Shown here: positions 1-14,048 of the stretch, one piece after another
How the letters are laid out: each line of letters starts with the position of its first letter
Numbering within the stretch: the stretch's first letter is position 1
NCBI GenBank assembly: GCA_030704615.1
Contig: CM060731.1
Location: 19,964,001-20,028,000, forward strand
Direction: 5' to 3'
DNA: 64,000 bases
Source of the DNA: Takakia lepidozioides
Taxonomy: Eukaryota; Plantae; Bryophyta
Position numbers and translations under genes: made by a program
The notes under the pieces: model-generated
Database searches by the model: none
The model's input: the letters and a program-made list of their open reading frames with translations, nothing else
Told to the model about the DNA's origin: nothing

Positions 1-1124
1 TTGAAATGGCTGTCATAAAAGGGATTGGCTGATCAACATACACTTGATGGATTTATGTAAGCTAGGCATAGATGCAGTGATCTGTGTGCTGCAGGTACCG
101 AATTGGTAGGTAGTGGAATGAGCATTTGAGAGCAGTGACAGAGAGCTCCGGAGGGACAGCCACATATGTGGCTCTTGTTAGTAAGTGTGGGTGGTGATGA
201 TTGATGACCACAGTCCAGCAATAAAGGCAACAAGAGATTTTTTCTATTTATATGCAAGATTCTGGTATTCATTTGGTTATGTGGGTATCACTTGTTTGCA
301 TCTGTGCTGCTTGCCATCTCTTTGCAAGGGTAGGTGAGGTTTCATGGTCCCCTTCAAATGGGCTGGAGTGTTTTGAGGATGTTCAACATGGTTATCTTAA
401 CAGGTGATTGAAAGTTGGCAATGGGTGCCAATGCAGAAGGCATGCAAGATAAGATGTATGTTTTATGTCACAGGATGAGATACTCTTGTGAAATTAGGCA
501 ACATTTTCTTGAACATTTCTTGAATGTTGTGAATCATGTAGAGTAGGGGTAGTTAATTGATTAGTGGAAGTAGTTGCTCTAAATTTTGATGTCAGTTCTC
601 AGCCCTCTACAGTTTTGTCCCTAAGGAGGGTTGCTTTTACATCTAGAAGGAGGATGCATGCAAGATGGAGCAGGACTACTAATCTGCAACACCTTTCTCC
701 TTAGTAGATATAGATCCTTCACCAATACCCACGCATTCAGTAGCTGAAAACAACAGAAGGAAAGGAAAGGAAAGGAAGTTTAACATCTACAGATCATGCA
801 GTTCTATGCACAGACCATTGAGTGCTACACATGGACGGATGTTTCTTTACTGAGAGTGGAACCCACGATTACCTGGTTGTGCACAGGCAGGGCACAAACA
901 CCCAAGCCCATCCAATGGCAAGCACGGGAGAGCGGAGGGGGGAGGGGGGACGCTAGGGCTGGAAATGGACGTTTAGATTGGAAGAAGCAGTGTTTAAGCC
1001 CTTCAGTGCAGACCAATTGAGTGGGTATGTATCGGGAGTGTGAAAAATAGTGGCTAGCCACCATAATCATAATACCGGCTTCAAGAAGTAGACCTTCAAA
1101 ATGAGTGCTGTCGCAAAACGTACT

Positions 1125-4100
1125 TCACTGGAAAATTTTATGGAGGCCCACAAAAAGATCCGAGGAAATCGACAGAAGCAATGGCAGGTTGGGGTGCCAG
1201 GCGGCCTTAAAGACCCTCTTCTGATGGACATTGAGAGTCTGCACAGGTTCCCTACTATTATACCTGATGTCAAAAACATGGATCTTGGGGTCTGTAGACC
1301 CTGATGCACAATACAGGCCGTCCGGGGACCATGACTGGGAGACGTAGCCCGATTGTGTCTCACCAGCTTCTTGTATCCAGCCAAACGCATGCAGCTCTGT
1401 TCTTTGCACCCTTATGTCGAACAATCGCAGCTGCTGTGCTACGGTCCTGTGTACAGTTCACAGCAGAGGTGATTATCTTCCTGTTTTCCAAGGGAAGGGA
1501 GGGAGGAGAGACAGATGTTAAATGACTAGACTGACAGAGCAAGACCAGAGAAAGAAGGCCCTTGAAGCAGGACAGGAAGAAAGAGGGGATGGGGCTACTG
1601 CCACAATGACTATGGACCATTCCCAGCGTACTCTCAGATGCAGATACCATCACTCATTCTTCTTGGCAAATGAATTATTGTATCATGCCTATGGAACTCG
1701 TGAGTGAAATTGCAGAGATTGTTGCTCTGACAGTAATCTCACTACGACAACACAAATTCTTGACGAAAAATATCTGGACTTTCTATGTACTTAAGTAAAG
1801 GGGAGGGCAACCCACCCAGTTTGCACCATGAAAAGGTTGAAGTCTGCAGGATTGGGCAGCACTCCCAACGCCTTGCTCTCCAACATGTGCTGGAATACTG
1901 TTCTTCCATGCCCAGGATCCACTGCAAACAAGCGCTTGTCCATCCCTGCAGTTCAAAATAAACAAACTGTCATGTTGATGTATGTTTGAGGGCCGACAGG
2001 CTTCTACATACGTGAATACACCAAACTTGGCCATCTGCCAAAGACATTGGCAGTCAAACTTGATGATTGAGTTATTTGATATTGAGTCCCAAGTTTGTGA
2101 AGTGAAGTCCCACAAATTGGCACCAAGCAGAAAGCAGGCTTCATGTCTACACAGAAGAAACAGGTTTCATTAACAACTATGCATACAATTCCGAATCTTT
2201 TCAATGAAGTGGAGTAACATTCACTTTTCATGTATTTTAGTACATTCTATTTTCCTGCATGAGATCTTCCCAGAGAGAAGACAACCCCTCCCTACTAATG
2301 CGCTGATTGTCTAACTCTTAGTCATCAATGCAGGCATCATGCAGCAGAAAATCTCAGAAGCAAAAACATCACCAGAAGAAAGGATAAGCTGCTTGTGAGG
2401 GATGCCTCCAACACCCGTGACTGCTGATGAGTGCAGCATGCGGTGTAGTAAGTGCGGATGCCACCCATCTCCTCCCTCTTTTTCATTCCATAGTACAACA
2501 GCATGATCGCAGCCCCCCGTTGCAAACTGTGTTCCATTGCTCCAAGGCATGAATTCGATGTTGTTAATCATCCCCTTCTCGTGAGGTTTCTCTTTCAGAA
2601 ACTCCACCTCTGCTTTCTGCACAAGTTAACACACCACAACGAGCTTTATGCATAATGTGCCCTGAGCACGCAATAAACCAGCTTAAATGAAGTCATAACT
2701 TCCTATGAGGTGGGCATGGGGACTATCACTGCAAAATCGTGAAATAATAGCGATGACTATTACTCAGTTTGATTTGGTGAATATACCAAGAAATAGGAAG
2801 AACCAGTAGACCATTCAACACACGTAATGTCCTTGAGTACTAGGTGGACAAATTTCTCCATTGAAACAACATATGCATTGCCCAAATGTGTGCTAGTATC
2901 AATTTGTTGTCCCCTACCCTATGCTTCAATGGCCAGAGGGCTGCAAATTTTCAGTGTCACATGCACTCTGTCACTAGGTGAAGACAGGGCCAACACTAAT
3001 GTCCCATGGAGCTCAATATTCCAAATCACATTCCATCACCAAGTTCTCTGTGTACTCTCTCCACAAATTTTATGCATGACAGTGGAGGGAAGAGGAAAAA
3101 CTGGCAGGCACTGACGATTCAATCGTTGAGTTTTTCAGGGTGCACACATGAGTGCAAACTGATTCTATCAATGACAGACAAAGATGAAATCTCTTACTGA
3201 AGAAGCCCCAAACTATGGCATTTACCTTCCTCGAAGTTTTTATGATGGAAACTTGTGGCCCACCACCATCTGCAGTATGAATAGCAAACAATGCGTGGCC
3301 TGTAGGATGCCAAGCCAAGTCTTCTGGCCAGTGCCTTGCCCCAGGAGCAATACAATCTACTGTATGACTCAAGTTGATCCCAAGTCTGTCCATGCATCCT
3401 CCTCTTGTCAGCACCCTCGACCATTGAACATGACACACAAACCTAGGCAGATGCATCTTCGCTTATACAGCCAAAGTTCACTTAGAGGCCCCCCAGTTGC
3501 CACACACTACAGTAGTGGACAACAATAACAGTGGGTGAAACATATGGTCCCTCGATTCCAGTTCAGGGACAATAAAGTCGTCACCGATATGTGAAGCATT
3601 TAACTCGCCAACCCACACCACCACTAGGGAAAGCAACTATCCCTACCCGTAAATGAAGCTATGGATGGATTTCATAGACATCCGATCAATTTCTATTTGT
3701 GAAAGTACTATCCATATGGATACCTGGAGCAGGGCATGGTCGAGGGCTCTGAAAGAAGGAAAGAAGTCGTAGTGTTTTCTTTCAGATAATTTATCTTTCA
3801 CAGGTGCAAAAGATTTGGATCTAAAGAATTAAACAGTCACTTTAATAATTCATAAACAAAATAGCAAATTTGAGCAGCAGCAGAAAACTCACCCTTTTTC
3901 TTGAATTTTCCAGAAGTTGACAACCCCATCCAATCCACTGCACTCACACACAACAGGACAAGTAAAGCCCTCGACAATATTTTATAAAACCTAAAAAGGC
4001 CATTTGCCAGCCATAGAGTTGAGGTAGCAATTTTGGCTTCATTTTCAACTTCTGACAACCCTTGCCTCACAGTTCAAACTACCGCAGTCGTCAGCACTAA

Positions 4101-6251
4101 GCTCACAACCAGGTGAACTGATTGCCTACTAGTGGCTTCCTCCTCCACAGTAACTCCATCCTTCATACATTTGTAGCCCTGAAAACTGCTTGCTCCCTTT
4201 GGAAAAAGCCTTGTAGTTCCACCTCAACTGAGCTGGTCTAGTCGCTGCATCCCAACTAGCTTACGAAGTGCACATGATCATTATCATTAGGCTCCATAAA
4301 CAGTGCTAGACCAAGCTCCTCCACACCCGCAACAGTCACTTTTTCAGTCTCTCAAGACATCCACCTCTGATGAGGAGCATTGAAGTACGTTTACATATAC
4401 ACACACTTTTGAGGGCATATACTGCTAATGTGCATGTCACCAGTGCGTTTACCATATGTATGCTACACCTAGAAATTCACAGACATAAGAGCTTTCTACT
4501 CCATTCCTTCCTAATGCCATTTTTGAGCAAAGCATGCTGACAGGGGTGATCCATTTTATCGACGTCACAGCTGATGTACTTGAAGCGAAATTGTCAATCC
4601 ACTTCCTCGTCCCTTCTAGCTACCCAACCCCCGGGCCTAAACCCAGGTGGCAACAGCCAAAAACCCTGGAACGAATACGAAACCCTGGTTAGTGGTACAA
4701 ATACTACAATTGCATCCGCAGAAGGATATGGGAAAAGGGTGAACCTGGTGGCACAAAGGTGGTCACTAGCAGGGCTCAGCACAAGACTGCGGGGCTTGCG
4801 TTTGTGCTGGATTGGGATGTAAGTGGCCAGTCCCACATCCAACTTGACTGGCCTCTTTTGGCTCCGAATGCTAGATATCAATTCCACATGTTCCCTTTGC
4901 ATCATCCCCGTCCCTCTCTTTGTCACTGTATCACCACCTGCACACATTCACCAGTGAACTCTTTGCTCCTTCCATTTGACTCCAGTCGTAAACTTTCATA
5001 CTCAAAACTTGCCGAACCCTACCCAAGCTGAATGTCTTTAAAAGGCACAGGAAGGCGGGGGAGGGGTTCTGTGCAGTTTGCACCACATTGCAAGGCCATA
5101 AGCAGGCTCACACAAACATGGCTTTTTGTGTGCTCTGACTTTGTACTAACCAATCACTCATGCAGCGAGTCAGACGACCCTCAAAATCTCGAAATCCTAA
5201 ATGATCACTCCATGGTTGCCTAGCTCCAGAACATATGGTACAGTGGCATGATTCTAGAATATGAAAAATGACAATTCCATAGTTGGGACTGGCGACAAGT
5301 ATCTTGCTGTAGTTCTCTGCAACATGTTAAAATGGAGCCCTCAAATACCTGAAAGCCTCACATTTGCCTTGCCGTCGTGTGCTCTTCCTGAATCACTCCC
5401 AGGAGCAGCCAACCTCGAATGCTCTGACGCTCCAAGTGCTGAATTTGTAGGGTGAGCGCGTGATGCAATGGCCCCGACTATCTTGTTGGACGTGTTCTCC
5501 TTTGTAACCTCTGAGTTTCCAACCTTCCTAGAGCGCTCCAAAGGAGCATCTGATGAGCTAGGAATAGCCAAAGTGGGTCTCTCTTTAGCAACCGAACCAT
5601 TTTGATAGGAGGTATCTTCCTTTTTCACACCTCTAACAAGTCTGTCACCACGTGTGTTTGATTTCAGTGGCGAACCCCGTATTTGGCGCAGTAAACCTTC
5701 TGCTTCTGCAAGTTTGACACGGGCCTGCTCCAACTGCACACAAATAAGTTGCATTATCAGAGATGGTTGAGTGGAGCAAAGCTGCGTGACATCGAAGTAG
5801 TTGAACCAGTTTCACTTGAAGCTGAGAATCTGTTGAGCATTGCTCAATGTCACCCCGTTTCTGCACGAAATCAAGCTCCCATCTCAGCCAGGCTTGCATC
5901 AAGCTTCCATCACCGTCTACACCCATGGTTTAGGTTCCACCAAAAGTGAAATCTACAATTTCGACAAACTGTGACCTGTAAACCAGCCGTTTCAGTCATA
6001 AAAAGAAGGGAGAGGAAAAGCTGGATAATTGACAACGAGTGGGAATCCTCTTCATGACATTCACAGAAGATTCAATTCACAGATCGCATACAAGTGCCCA
6101 CCTCCTTCTGCAGGTGTGCAATATGGCCTACAAGACTCTCCACATCAGTTCGCCGCCGTTGCATCAACTTCAAAAGATTCGTCTCCTCCTCCCCTTGCTC
6201 CCCCTCCTCCCTGGCACGCTTCAGGGGCCGACCATTCGCCTTCACCTCCAT
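1125..6251 (-). CDS. WD40-repeat (transducin family) protein with N-terminal coiled coil, similar to Arabidopsis At5g50970-type proteins; 8 exons, 542 aa
   Basis: Manually spliced GT-AG exons 6251-6102, 5733-5349, 4937-4745, 3937-3893, 3385-3226, 2616-2373, 1945-1816 and 1446-1125 sum to 1629 nt in one frame. Motifs: HKRKPRSLVLSP, GLDGVVNFWKI, WPEDLAWHP, FATGGCDHAVVLW, QSWSPDGLYCASGSTDPKIHVFDIRY, HQKRVFKAAWH. Confidence 0.9.
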
Positions 6252-6410
6252 CGCACACCTCCCCTCGTCTTCTGCAGCATGCTTGCGCTGCAGAAAACTT
6301 CCCATCTACCAACACAACACCCCACCTGCCATCATCCCTCCGCCACCATCCCCCTCCCCAACCTCGCACCAATTCACTCTCTTCTCCCCCACCCAAGCCT
6401 GCACCTTGCA

Positions 6411-6700
6411 CTCACACCCCAGGTCTCATTCCAGATCTCCAAATTTTCCACATCTCGGGCAAAGATTTTTTAAAGCTATTTACTTTGGAAAAAAAAGAAA
6501 GCAACCGAACCAAAACAAAATGACACAATTTGTGCGAGACCTCGTTTGGTTTCGAACTCACAGCCCAGGTCTCATTCCAGGTCCCCAATTTTTCCACATC
6601 TCGGGCAAAGTTTTTTAAGAGATAACTATTTACTTTGAAAAAAAGAAAGCAAACGAACCAAAACAAAATGACACAAATTGCACGAGACCTCCTTTTGTTT
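6411..6700. repeat. Imperfect tandem duplication (two ~145-bp units) in the divergent promoter region
   Basis: cccaggtctcattccag...aaccaaaacaaaatgacacaa...cgagacctc occurs at ~6411-6551 and ~6556-6700. Confidence 0.85.
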
Positions 6701-7935
6701 ATGTCACCTGGTTCAGGACCTCGTTCGAACTTCCCAGCCTCGAGTGTACGACACGTAGACATATTCGGATTTATTTATTCTTCCGATACCTTTCTTTCTC
6801 GGGCAGGTCGTGTAACGCACAACGGGTCGGTCCCCCGTTAGGTTCGGGTGGCGGCGCACTAGGTTCGGCGCACTGGTAGTAGGTCGGCAAACTCGTTTGT
6901 AGTTATCAGATAAACTCTGTACACATTTGGGGGCCGCCTATTTGACTACATCAGACTCAGTCGTCATGTTGACTGGATGATAACTCTCAACCTCCCATTA
7001 ACTCTTAAAAAACCAGATCCTAATCTGAATAGAACCCGGACGGATGACGATGAACCCGGCAACGAATAGTCGATGGGCGGACGGACGAAGTTCCCTCTCG
7101 GGCAGGCAGAGGGGCAGCACCTATAGGAATGCACGCAGAGTGCAGCATCCCGAAGTTCGGAGGAGATGGATGGGATGCGGGGATCCGACATCCCGAGATG
7201 CTTGTGAAGGGACGGGGGCATCTCGGTTTTTTTTTCGACCGTGGTTGCTGGTGCTGAAGCGTAGCGTAGCTTGAAGGGCCGTGATGCTTGTGCTTCAGCT
7301 TCAGCGGGGTGGGGAGGAAGGCGGCAGCCACGGAGCGGCAACGGAAGGGGCACGGCAGGAGGCACAGTAGAGGTGGGGGAGTAGGCCACGCAACAGTTTT
7401 GGCCCTCGTCGGCCCCGCTTTCCTGTCTGTTTCCGCGGTGGTAGAAGGGAAGGGATCACTGCGTGTTCTTGCAGCTTGGGTGTGGTTTCTCTTGCACGTT
7501 ACGGACTTGTAAGGAGTAAGGAGTAAGGGCAGACTTTGGGGTTCCTGTTGGGGTTCCCTGTCTTTTGTGCTTTGTGGGTTTTTTCCTGAATGGTTACCTC
7601 ATTTCATGCCTTTGAAGGTATAGAAGCTGTCTCGTGTCTCGCTACCTGTTGGCTGTTGAATTGGCAGTGGCCAGACTTGGACTGATTCCTAGTCTGAGTT
7701 TGAGAGATCTACAGGTTGAATTGCGTAGAGGTGAAAAGAGATACAAAGAGATACATACATAAAGAGAGAAGGAGAGAGAAGGGCGGGGGAAGAAGTAGGC
7801 GAGATCGGTTCGGAAAGGCGGTTCAGGGTTTGGGGTCTGGCAGTGGGGGATTGTGTCACGGACTAGAGTGGTGAGGAGGCATATTCTTGATAGAGGAGCG
7901 CCAGGCTTGCCTGGTCCCCTGGAGCAGCGACGGCA

Positions 7936-8487
7936 ATGCCGTACCAACCTCTTCACGGGTCACAGGGTCAGCTCATCTGCAGTGGCTGTCGCACCCTGCT
8001 GGTGTTTCCTCAGGGGGCTAGTAATGTGCGATGCGCGCTTTGTAGCTCGGTGACCGCCGTTCCCCCTCATGGATCAGAGATGTCGCAGTTGGTCTGTGGG
8101 GGCTGCCGCACCCTCTTGATGTATATGCGTGGGGCAACCAGCGTGCAGTGTTCATGTTGTCATACGGTGAATCTGGCCATGGAAGCGCCCCAGGTTGCGC
8201 ACATCAATTGTGGAGGGTGTGGTATGACTCTGATGTATGCATATGGGGCCCAGTCAGTGAAGTGTGCACTATGCCAGTTTGTGACCTCGATTGCAATGCC
8301 GGGTATGAGGATGCCACCACCAATACAGCAGAGGCCTTCTGTGCCGCCACAGCTACCTCCTCCAGTTTCTGCTGCACCCTCGCATTCTCACACACAGACA
8401 GTCGTAGTGGAGAATCCGATGACGTTGGATGAAAGCGGGAAGCTGGTAAGCAACGTGGCCGTTGGAGTTACCATGGAAAGAAGGTGA
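7936..8487 (+). CDS. LSD1: LSD1-type zinc-finger protein (three zf-LSD1 domains; plant cell-death regulator family), 183 aa, intronless CDS
   Basis: Three CxxC..LL.Y..GA..V.C..C fingers plus the LSD1-type C-terminus [28 protein letters not shown] 5'UTR intron is likely (gtaagg ~7509 to ctacag ~7714). Confidence 0.93.
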   Translation: MPYQPLHGSQGQLICSGCRTLLVFPQGASNVRCALCSSVTAVPPHGSEMSQLVCGGCRTLLMYMRGATSVQCSCCHTVNLAMEAPQVAHINCGGCGMTLMYAYGAQSVKCALCQFVTSIAMPGMRMPPPIQQRPSVPPQLPPPVSAAPSHSHTQTVVVENPMTLDESGKLVSNVAVGVTMERR

Positions 8488-10928
8488 CACACACTGGCAG
8501 AGTGGTGGATGTGATGAGGACAGGCTGGAAGAGAAAAGAAGAGGAGTCGAAGACAAGCAGATCTTAGGGGAGGTGACAGCAGACAGGAATTGAAAAAATG
8601 TTGTCACAAGGGTGAAAGATGGGTTGTTGAGGAACGGAAACGGAGGGAGCAGGCACACAGCATTTCCTCTCTGATATGGGACTCTTAAACTAGTGGTGGG
8701 CAGTACGCCCTCAATGTTGTATAAGCTATGTTCTTAACCGTTTGCTTGTCTCCTCTTCATGAGTTCCTTAAGTGAACAATCAGGCTTTTCACTACACCTC
8801 ACCTATAAGTTGCATCTGATTTTTTGTTCTGCCATGTTTCCAGTTAGGGCACCAAGATTAGGATTATGGTGGTCTCATTCACTGCATGCAACCCACTCAC
8901 TGAGCAGTCTTCCCTTTTGATATTGTGATGTCTTCTGCAAGACAGAATTCTACTCAAATCTGAAGCATTCGCAATTGTAGCTGATGTAGGAGATCTAGGG
9001 GGGGTTTCATAAGTTTCCATTGGCAGGTGTGCTTCTTAGTATTGTCAGCATTAATCTGCTGAGACGATGAGAAACCTTAAGCTGCCGAGGGCTTGGCCAG
9101 AAGTGTGGGGTTTCTGAAGCTGCATGCCCATTTAACAAGCTTGTTGCATTTTCCATGTTGTGTGAGGAAATTCTGGAATCTCGTTGTGACAAGGTGAGAA
9201 GTTTTTCCGTTATGTTGATTTGGTTGTACTTTCTTTTCACTAGTAGGCTGCACAAGAGCTTCTGCAGGAGTAGGTGGGCATTCTGTATGTCCTTTCAGCT
9301 TTCAAGCCCATGGCTTCCATGTTGCATGTCAAAGAGCTCAACAATGCTTGGGAAAGAAGGTATTACATGAGTTCCTTTACAGATTAAGGGTTGTTTCTGA
9401 GTGTCTTACTTTCCCTGGTTTTATGGGTCTCACAGGTGGTATGCATCTCATCAGTCCACAAGATGCTAGCGTATCTGCTGGAACAATCCTTTGAGGTGCC
9501 ACCATTTAGCAGTCCCAGTGCAATGCCTCAATTTGACTCACTTGGAGGATATTATCATTAAGATACATGGTCTATTGATTATCATATTTGGATATAACAG
9601 CACTTCAGTTGATGTACGGCAATGCTTCATGGCAAAAATTGGAACCGGCCTTCATTTTGAGATTTTCCAAACAGGAAGTTGTGAGGATTACTGCTTCAAT
9701 GTAGCGACAGAGATTAAATTTCCTTTCCCCTCTTAAAAATATCCCACTTTCTTCTGAGCTTCCTGATGTTGTTACAAGTTTTTTCCTCACTTGTTTCTTA
9801 ATTTTCTTTGGCAGTCAGGAGCTCTCTCTCTCTCCCTCCCCCCACGTGCATACAGTATGTAAGCTCTCTCTTCCTAGCTCAGTATTTATTAGAGGTGTGG
9901 AACATCAGTGTAATAACGCTGCAACGACGCAACCTCTGAATATCACTTCTCATGTTTCCCATGTCTGCATGGAATTTGGAGGCTTAAAATATTGAAATCT
10001 CCCCACTCAGTCTGTTCCCACAACTTGCAGTCTGTGAAGGTATGAAGAACAGCCTTCAGTATACTCAGTAGTGTACTTATACATCCTTCGGCCACGAGTG
10101 TTGATGGAGTTACACATCCAGAAGGTGGGACCTGTTGGAGATAAATGAAACCTTCAGCCCTACTCAATCTCACACAAGTCCTATATCGGGTCAACTGAAA
10201 AGAGCTCTACCTACCTTCAATCTGTTGGAACCCTAGACAAAACATCAGAGTTTGAAAATAAAACTTGCAGCAGCAAGTAAGAAAGATTGAGGGAAGTTTG
10301 CTAATATCCACCACAGACGATTGGACACGCAGTTTTCAAATATCACAGTTGAAAAAGCTAATGAAGCATCCACAAGTACATTAATGGTGCAAATTCATTA
10401 ATGACATAAATTTTCTAAACCAAAAGGGGACAGAGGCCCTTATTATTTTATTTATAAAAGGCGAGGAGAAAATAACCTCAAGATACAAACCATGAGGAAG
10501 AGAAAGGGGACACTGCCCCCAGACCAAAACCTAGGAAGGGAGCTGCCAGAAGCTAAGGATGAGTAGGTTCTGCAGCAAGAAGAGGAGCCGGAGACTGAGG
10601 GAAGTCGATGTAACTCCTGGAGGAGTAAAAAGAAAGATGAGTTTAAGGATGTCAAAAGCCTATCTAACGCCTGGAGGAAAGTAAGATGAGCCTTAGATTG
10701 CCCTTCCTCGAAGAAGGCTTGTGACGCCAATTGACATCGGAATCCTGAGGCTCCATAGATTGCTGATCACTGGTCGAGCTTCCAACGTGGCGGGATGCTG
10801 TCATCCAAGACAATTGGTCGATTCGGAAGTTCTTTTGCAGAGATGGCCGCCTTTTCATCAAAGCCAGCAAATAACTGCAATCTCCTTCCTTGCGCACATC
10901 TCCTTGTGCACATCTAGCAGCAGCTGAA

Positions 10929-11082
10929 CAAATCTTCTATTCTTTGTAGATGCTGAAACACCGCACATTTTGTAAATGAAGTAACACATGACAAATAATT
11001 ATGTGTTCATGTCTGACATAATTATTTGTCATGTGTTACAAAATGTGAGGTGTTTCAGCATTTACAAAGAATAGGTGATTTG
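10929..11082. other. Long near-perfect hairpin (MITE remnant or small-RNA precursor candidate)
   Basis: Perfect 24-bp inner stem 10981-11004/11016-11039 with an 11-nt loop; ~39-bp outer stem 10937-10975/11036-11074 with 2 mismatches. Confidence 0.8.
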
Positions 11083-11873
11083 ACTTGTGAAAAGTTCCGG
11101 GTGTTGGAAAATAGCGCCCTTAGGAAAATTTGAGAGACTACTTCCTTATAGACATTCTAGACAAGACTCTCAGTATTCTCCTCGGCAAATTACTGAACTA
11201 AGGAGAAGGTTAAATGCAGTAGCCATGTTCTACGCGTCACAGAAACATTTCCTCTAAATTTGCTAGCGTGTCCCAAGAGGTGAGAAGGGGTCAAGGGCAA
11301 CAAAAATGTAGCTGCCTTCAACCCACACTGTCTGGTGTCGAAGAGGACAAGAAAACTCAGAGAGAAGGGGAGGGGGGGTGGGGTATCCACCTTGCAGCCT
11401 GCTCACCTCCTTATGAACATACCATCTTGGAAGGAGATAGCATACTTATGATAGTTCACAAGCAACTAGTGAAAGGTTGGTGAAGACACAGCAACAATTG
11501 AATTGGATATTCTAGAATCGGGCACAATTAAATGCCAATGGATAGCCATCAAATGCCTTGTTGTTCTGTGTCCAGTGCTGTCCAACAATGTCCTGAGCAC
11601 CTCAGTCATTTCTTGCTGTTTATTGGAACTTCATACCCAGTGTTTGCAACTTCTGGTTAGATAGGATGTAGGATCGGCCTGAGCTTGAGAATCTGCACAA
11701 TGACATAACCCTTCAATGGTCATTCACCCAATGACTACAACAAAAGATAGATTTACAGTTTATTACTCTGCCAGAAATGTGAGCACAAGTTTTAGTTGGC
11801 TACATGGCACTTGCTTCACCAACAGCATTTTCCAGAGACAAAATATGTCCTGAGGAGTTTTGAGGCCACTGAC

Positions 11874-13540
11874 CTGCAAGGGACAGAGCTATTAGAGTAA
11901 AACTTGCGAATCAGGTCCACGAGCTCCTTCTCACTAAAGACCCGTACCTAGTATATGCAACTGCCAGATGCATCAGGCACCTCCAATGCAGAAATGTGAG
12001 CTTCAACCACATCCTCCACATGCGCATATGCAAACAAACCATTTTGTGCAATTTTGCACCCCTGCACACATGGACAGTTCACCATCCTTTTCAGTTCATG
12101 TTCATACATGTATACTATGTCATATAAATGAGGAGGACTCGGATCTTGTAAGACATCAAGTTGTCAAGCTTGTCCCCACAAGATCCATGCTCCCAGTTCG
12201 GATGGAGAAGAGGCGCAGAGTGAGGGGTTAAATAAGTTCAAGAAATGAGTGAAAGAGGAAGCGAGATCCAAGACAGACCCTTCAAGACAAGAGACAACAC
12301 TTTGCTCAAAAGGAGACTGACAATGCTAGCTCAAGGGAAACTACTAGCATCTTGTACAGCACATGAACATTTTTTCACATGATATTATAGAAGAACGAAT
12401 GGATGAAGATGGAAGTCTATGACTGGAAGGTGAAAAGAAACACACCTTTGAGGTTAATCATAGACTGGCTGGTGCTCACGACTTTGGGGCCCAACACAAT
12501 TGCAGGATTCGTAACCACCATATCCAGGCCTCTATCCGTTGACAAAGACCATGCTGCCTTGTCAGCCTTGTTTTTGAAAGAGGACACATAGCTGCATTAG
12601 GGACGAGAAGACACCCATGTCAGCACTCACAAAGGTCGCATATCAGATACAAGACAATCCATAGTGTCTAGGAAACTGATATGATGGACTTCAAACAGTC
12701 ATGGGCTGTGCAAGCCAAAAACTACTCTAGCCTTATCACTCAAGAATAAGTTCGTCCCCTGCCTACTGAGCACAGAAATTAAGGGACCAGGCATACTTGT
12801 TTTGATCGATATAATTCCAAATTACTCCAGCATTTTTCATCAATAGACTTCTCCCTTGTCATTGATTGTCCCAGACCATTGCTGACAGTGATGTCGTTAA
12901 GATCAGCCGTTTCACGAAGGATGCCTCCACGACATTTAAAGTTCCTCGCACTTCAATATCCACAATCTCAGCCTGCCATAATTAGCATATAATGGTGTTA
13001 GAATGAGACAAAACACAAAATACAAATCATACTGATATCCAAATATGTATTCTGCCGATGCTAAGTCCCAAATGTGAGTGTAAACCTTCCGATTTGCAGA
13101 GGTGAATCCTTGACCTTCAAAGGGGAGGTAAGTATATTGATTCCACAATGCTATAATGGCAACTCGTAGCCTACAAGTCGATTTTGCAACTGCTGAAGCA
13201 CCCCAACACTGCGAAAGGCATGAGTTGAAATGAAATTTACTTCTTCCTAAAAGGAAGAAGAAACTGGGTCTTTCCTCCAGATGAGATAAACCATATTGCG
13301 AGATGAGCGACAAAAGGAGGGCGGGATAGGGACACAGACAAGTCAGTGGATAGTTGGATATAAGATCGGTAGGCGACGAGGTATGGAATACTCCATCAAA
13401 GCCCATCACCACTTGGGCTTAGTCAAGAAGGTGGGCGTTGCGAGATTCAACGGCTGTTGCAAGTGCCATCAATGCAGCCGCTTCTCTGAGCTATCATTTT
13501 GTGTGTCGCATTTATCATCCCCAGGAGAGATGGGGTGGGT
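11874..13540 (-). pseudogene. Cinnamoyl-CoA reductase-like (NAD(P)-dependent epimerase/dehydratase) pseudogene, with introns retained
   Basis: Four exon remnants translate as VMGFDGVFHTSSPTDLISNYP; AEIVDIEVRGTLNVVEA..VKRLILTTSLSAMVW..IDEKCWSNLEL; KADKAAWSLSTDRGLDMVVTNPAIVLGP..INLKG; QNGLFAYAHVEDVVEAHISALEVPDASG. In-frame stops and frameshifts are present and the N-terminal nucleotide-binding motif is not visible. Confidence 0.85.
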
Positions 13541-14048
13541 GGTGGGGTGCTTGAAAGAACCGGCACTGGCCACTCTGTTTTTCTTTAACCCCTAAGCGAT
13601 GAGACCTGTTTTTGGATGGCAAGTGATATATGAGGCCCGGGAGTTGAATGCTGCCTCAGCGGGCCACCACCTAGGGAATTCCAAATAGGCCTTGATGTGA
13701 AATGCAGCGCAATTCACTTGATCAGATGCCAATTCAATTGAACTAACCCTAATTTGCAATTCAATTGAATCGCTAGTTGGCAATTCAATTGAATTGCTGA
13801 CTGCAATTCAATTGAATTGTAATCTATAATTTTTAACGCAGTTTTGTATATAATATATATAATATATTATCATGTGTATGTATATGTATATGTATCATAT
13901 ACACATATACATACGAGAGTATAAGATGAATATACATGCTGGCCCGTCTATTCCTGCTGCCCGTCCATTCTTTGCTTGTGGTAAGGCCTAAGTCACGACA
14001 TGAGTCGCGTACCCTAAAGGAGAGATATATACTACACATATATACTAG

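Noticed and set aside
1-1100. Short ORFs at the window start
   Set aside because: No recognisable motifs; probably UTR, intron or intergenic sequence.
8600-10930. Possible exons between LSD1 and the hairpin
   Set aside because: Splice-like sites exist, but I could not build a consistent frame or recognise a protein family.
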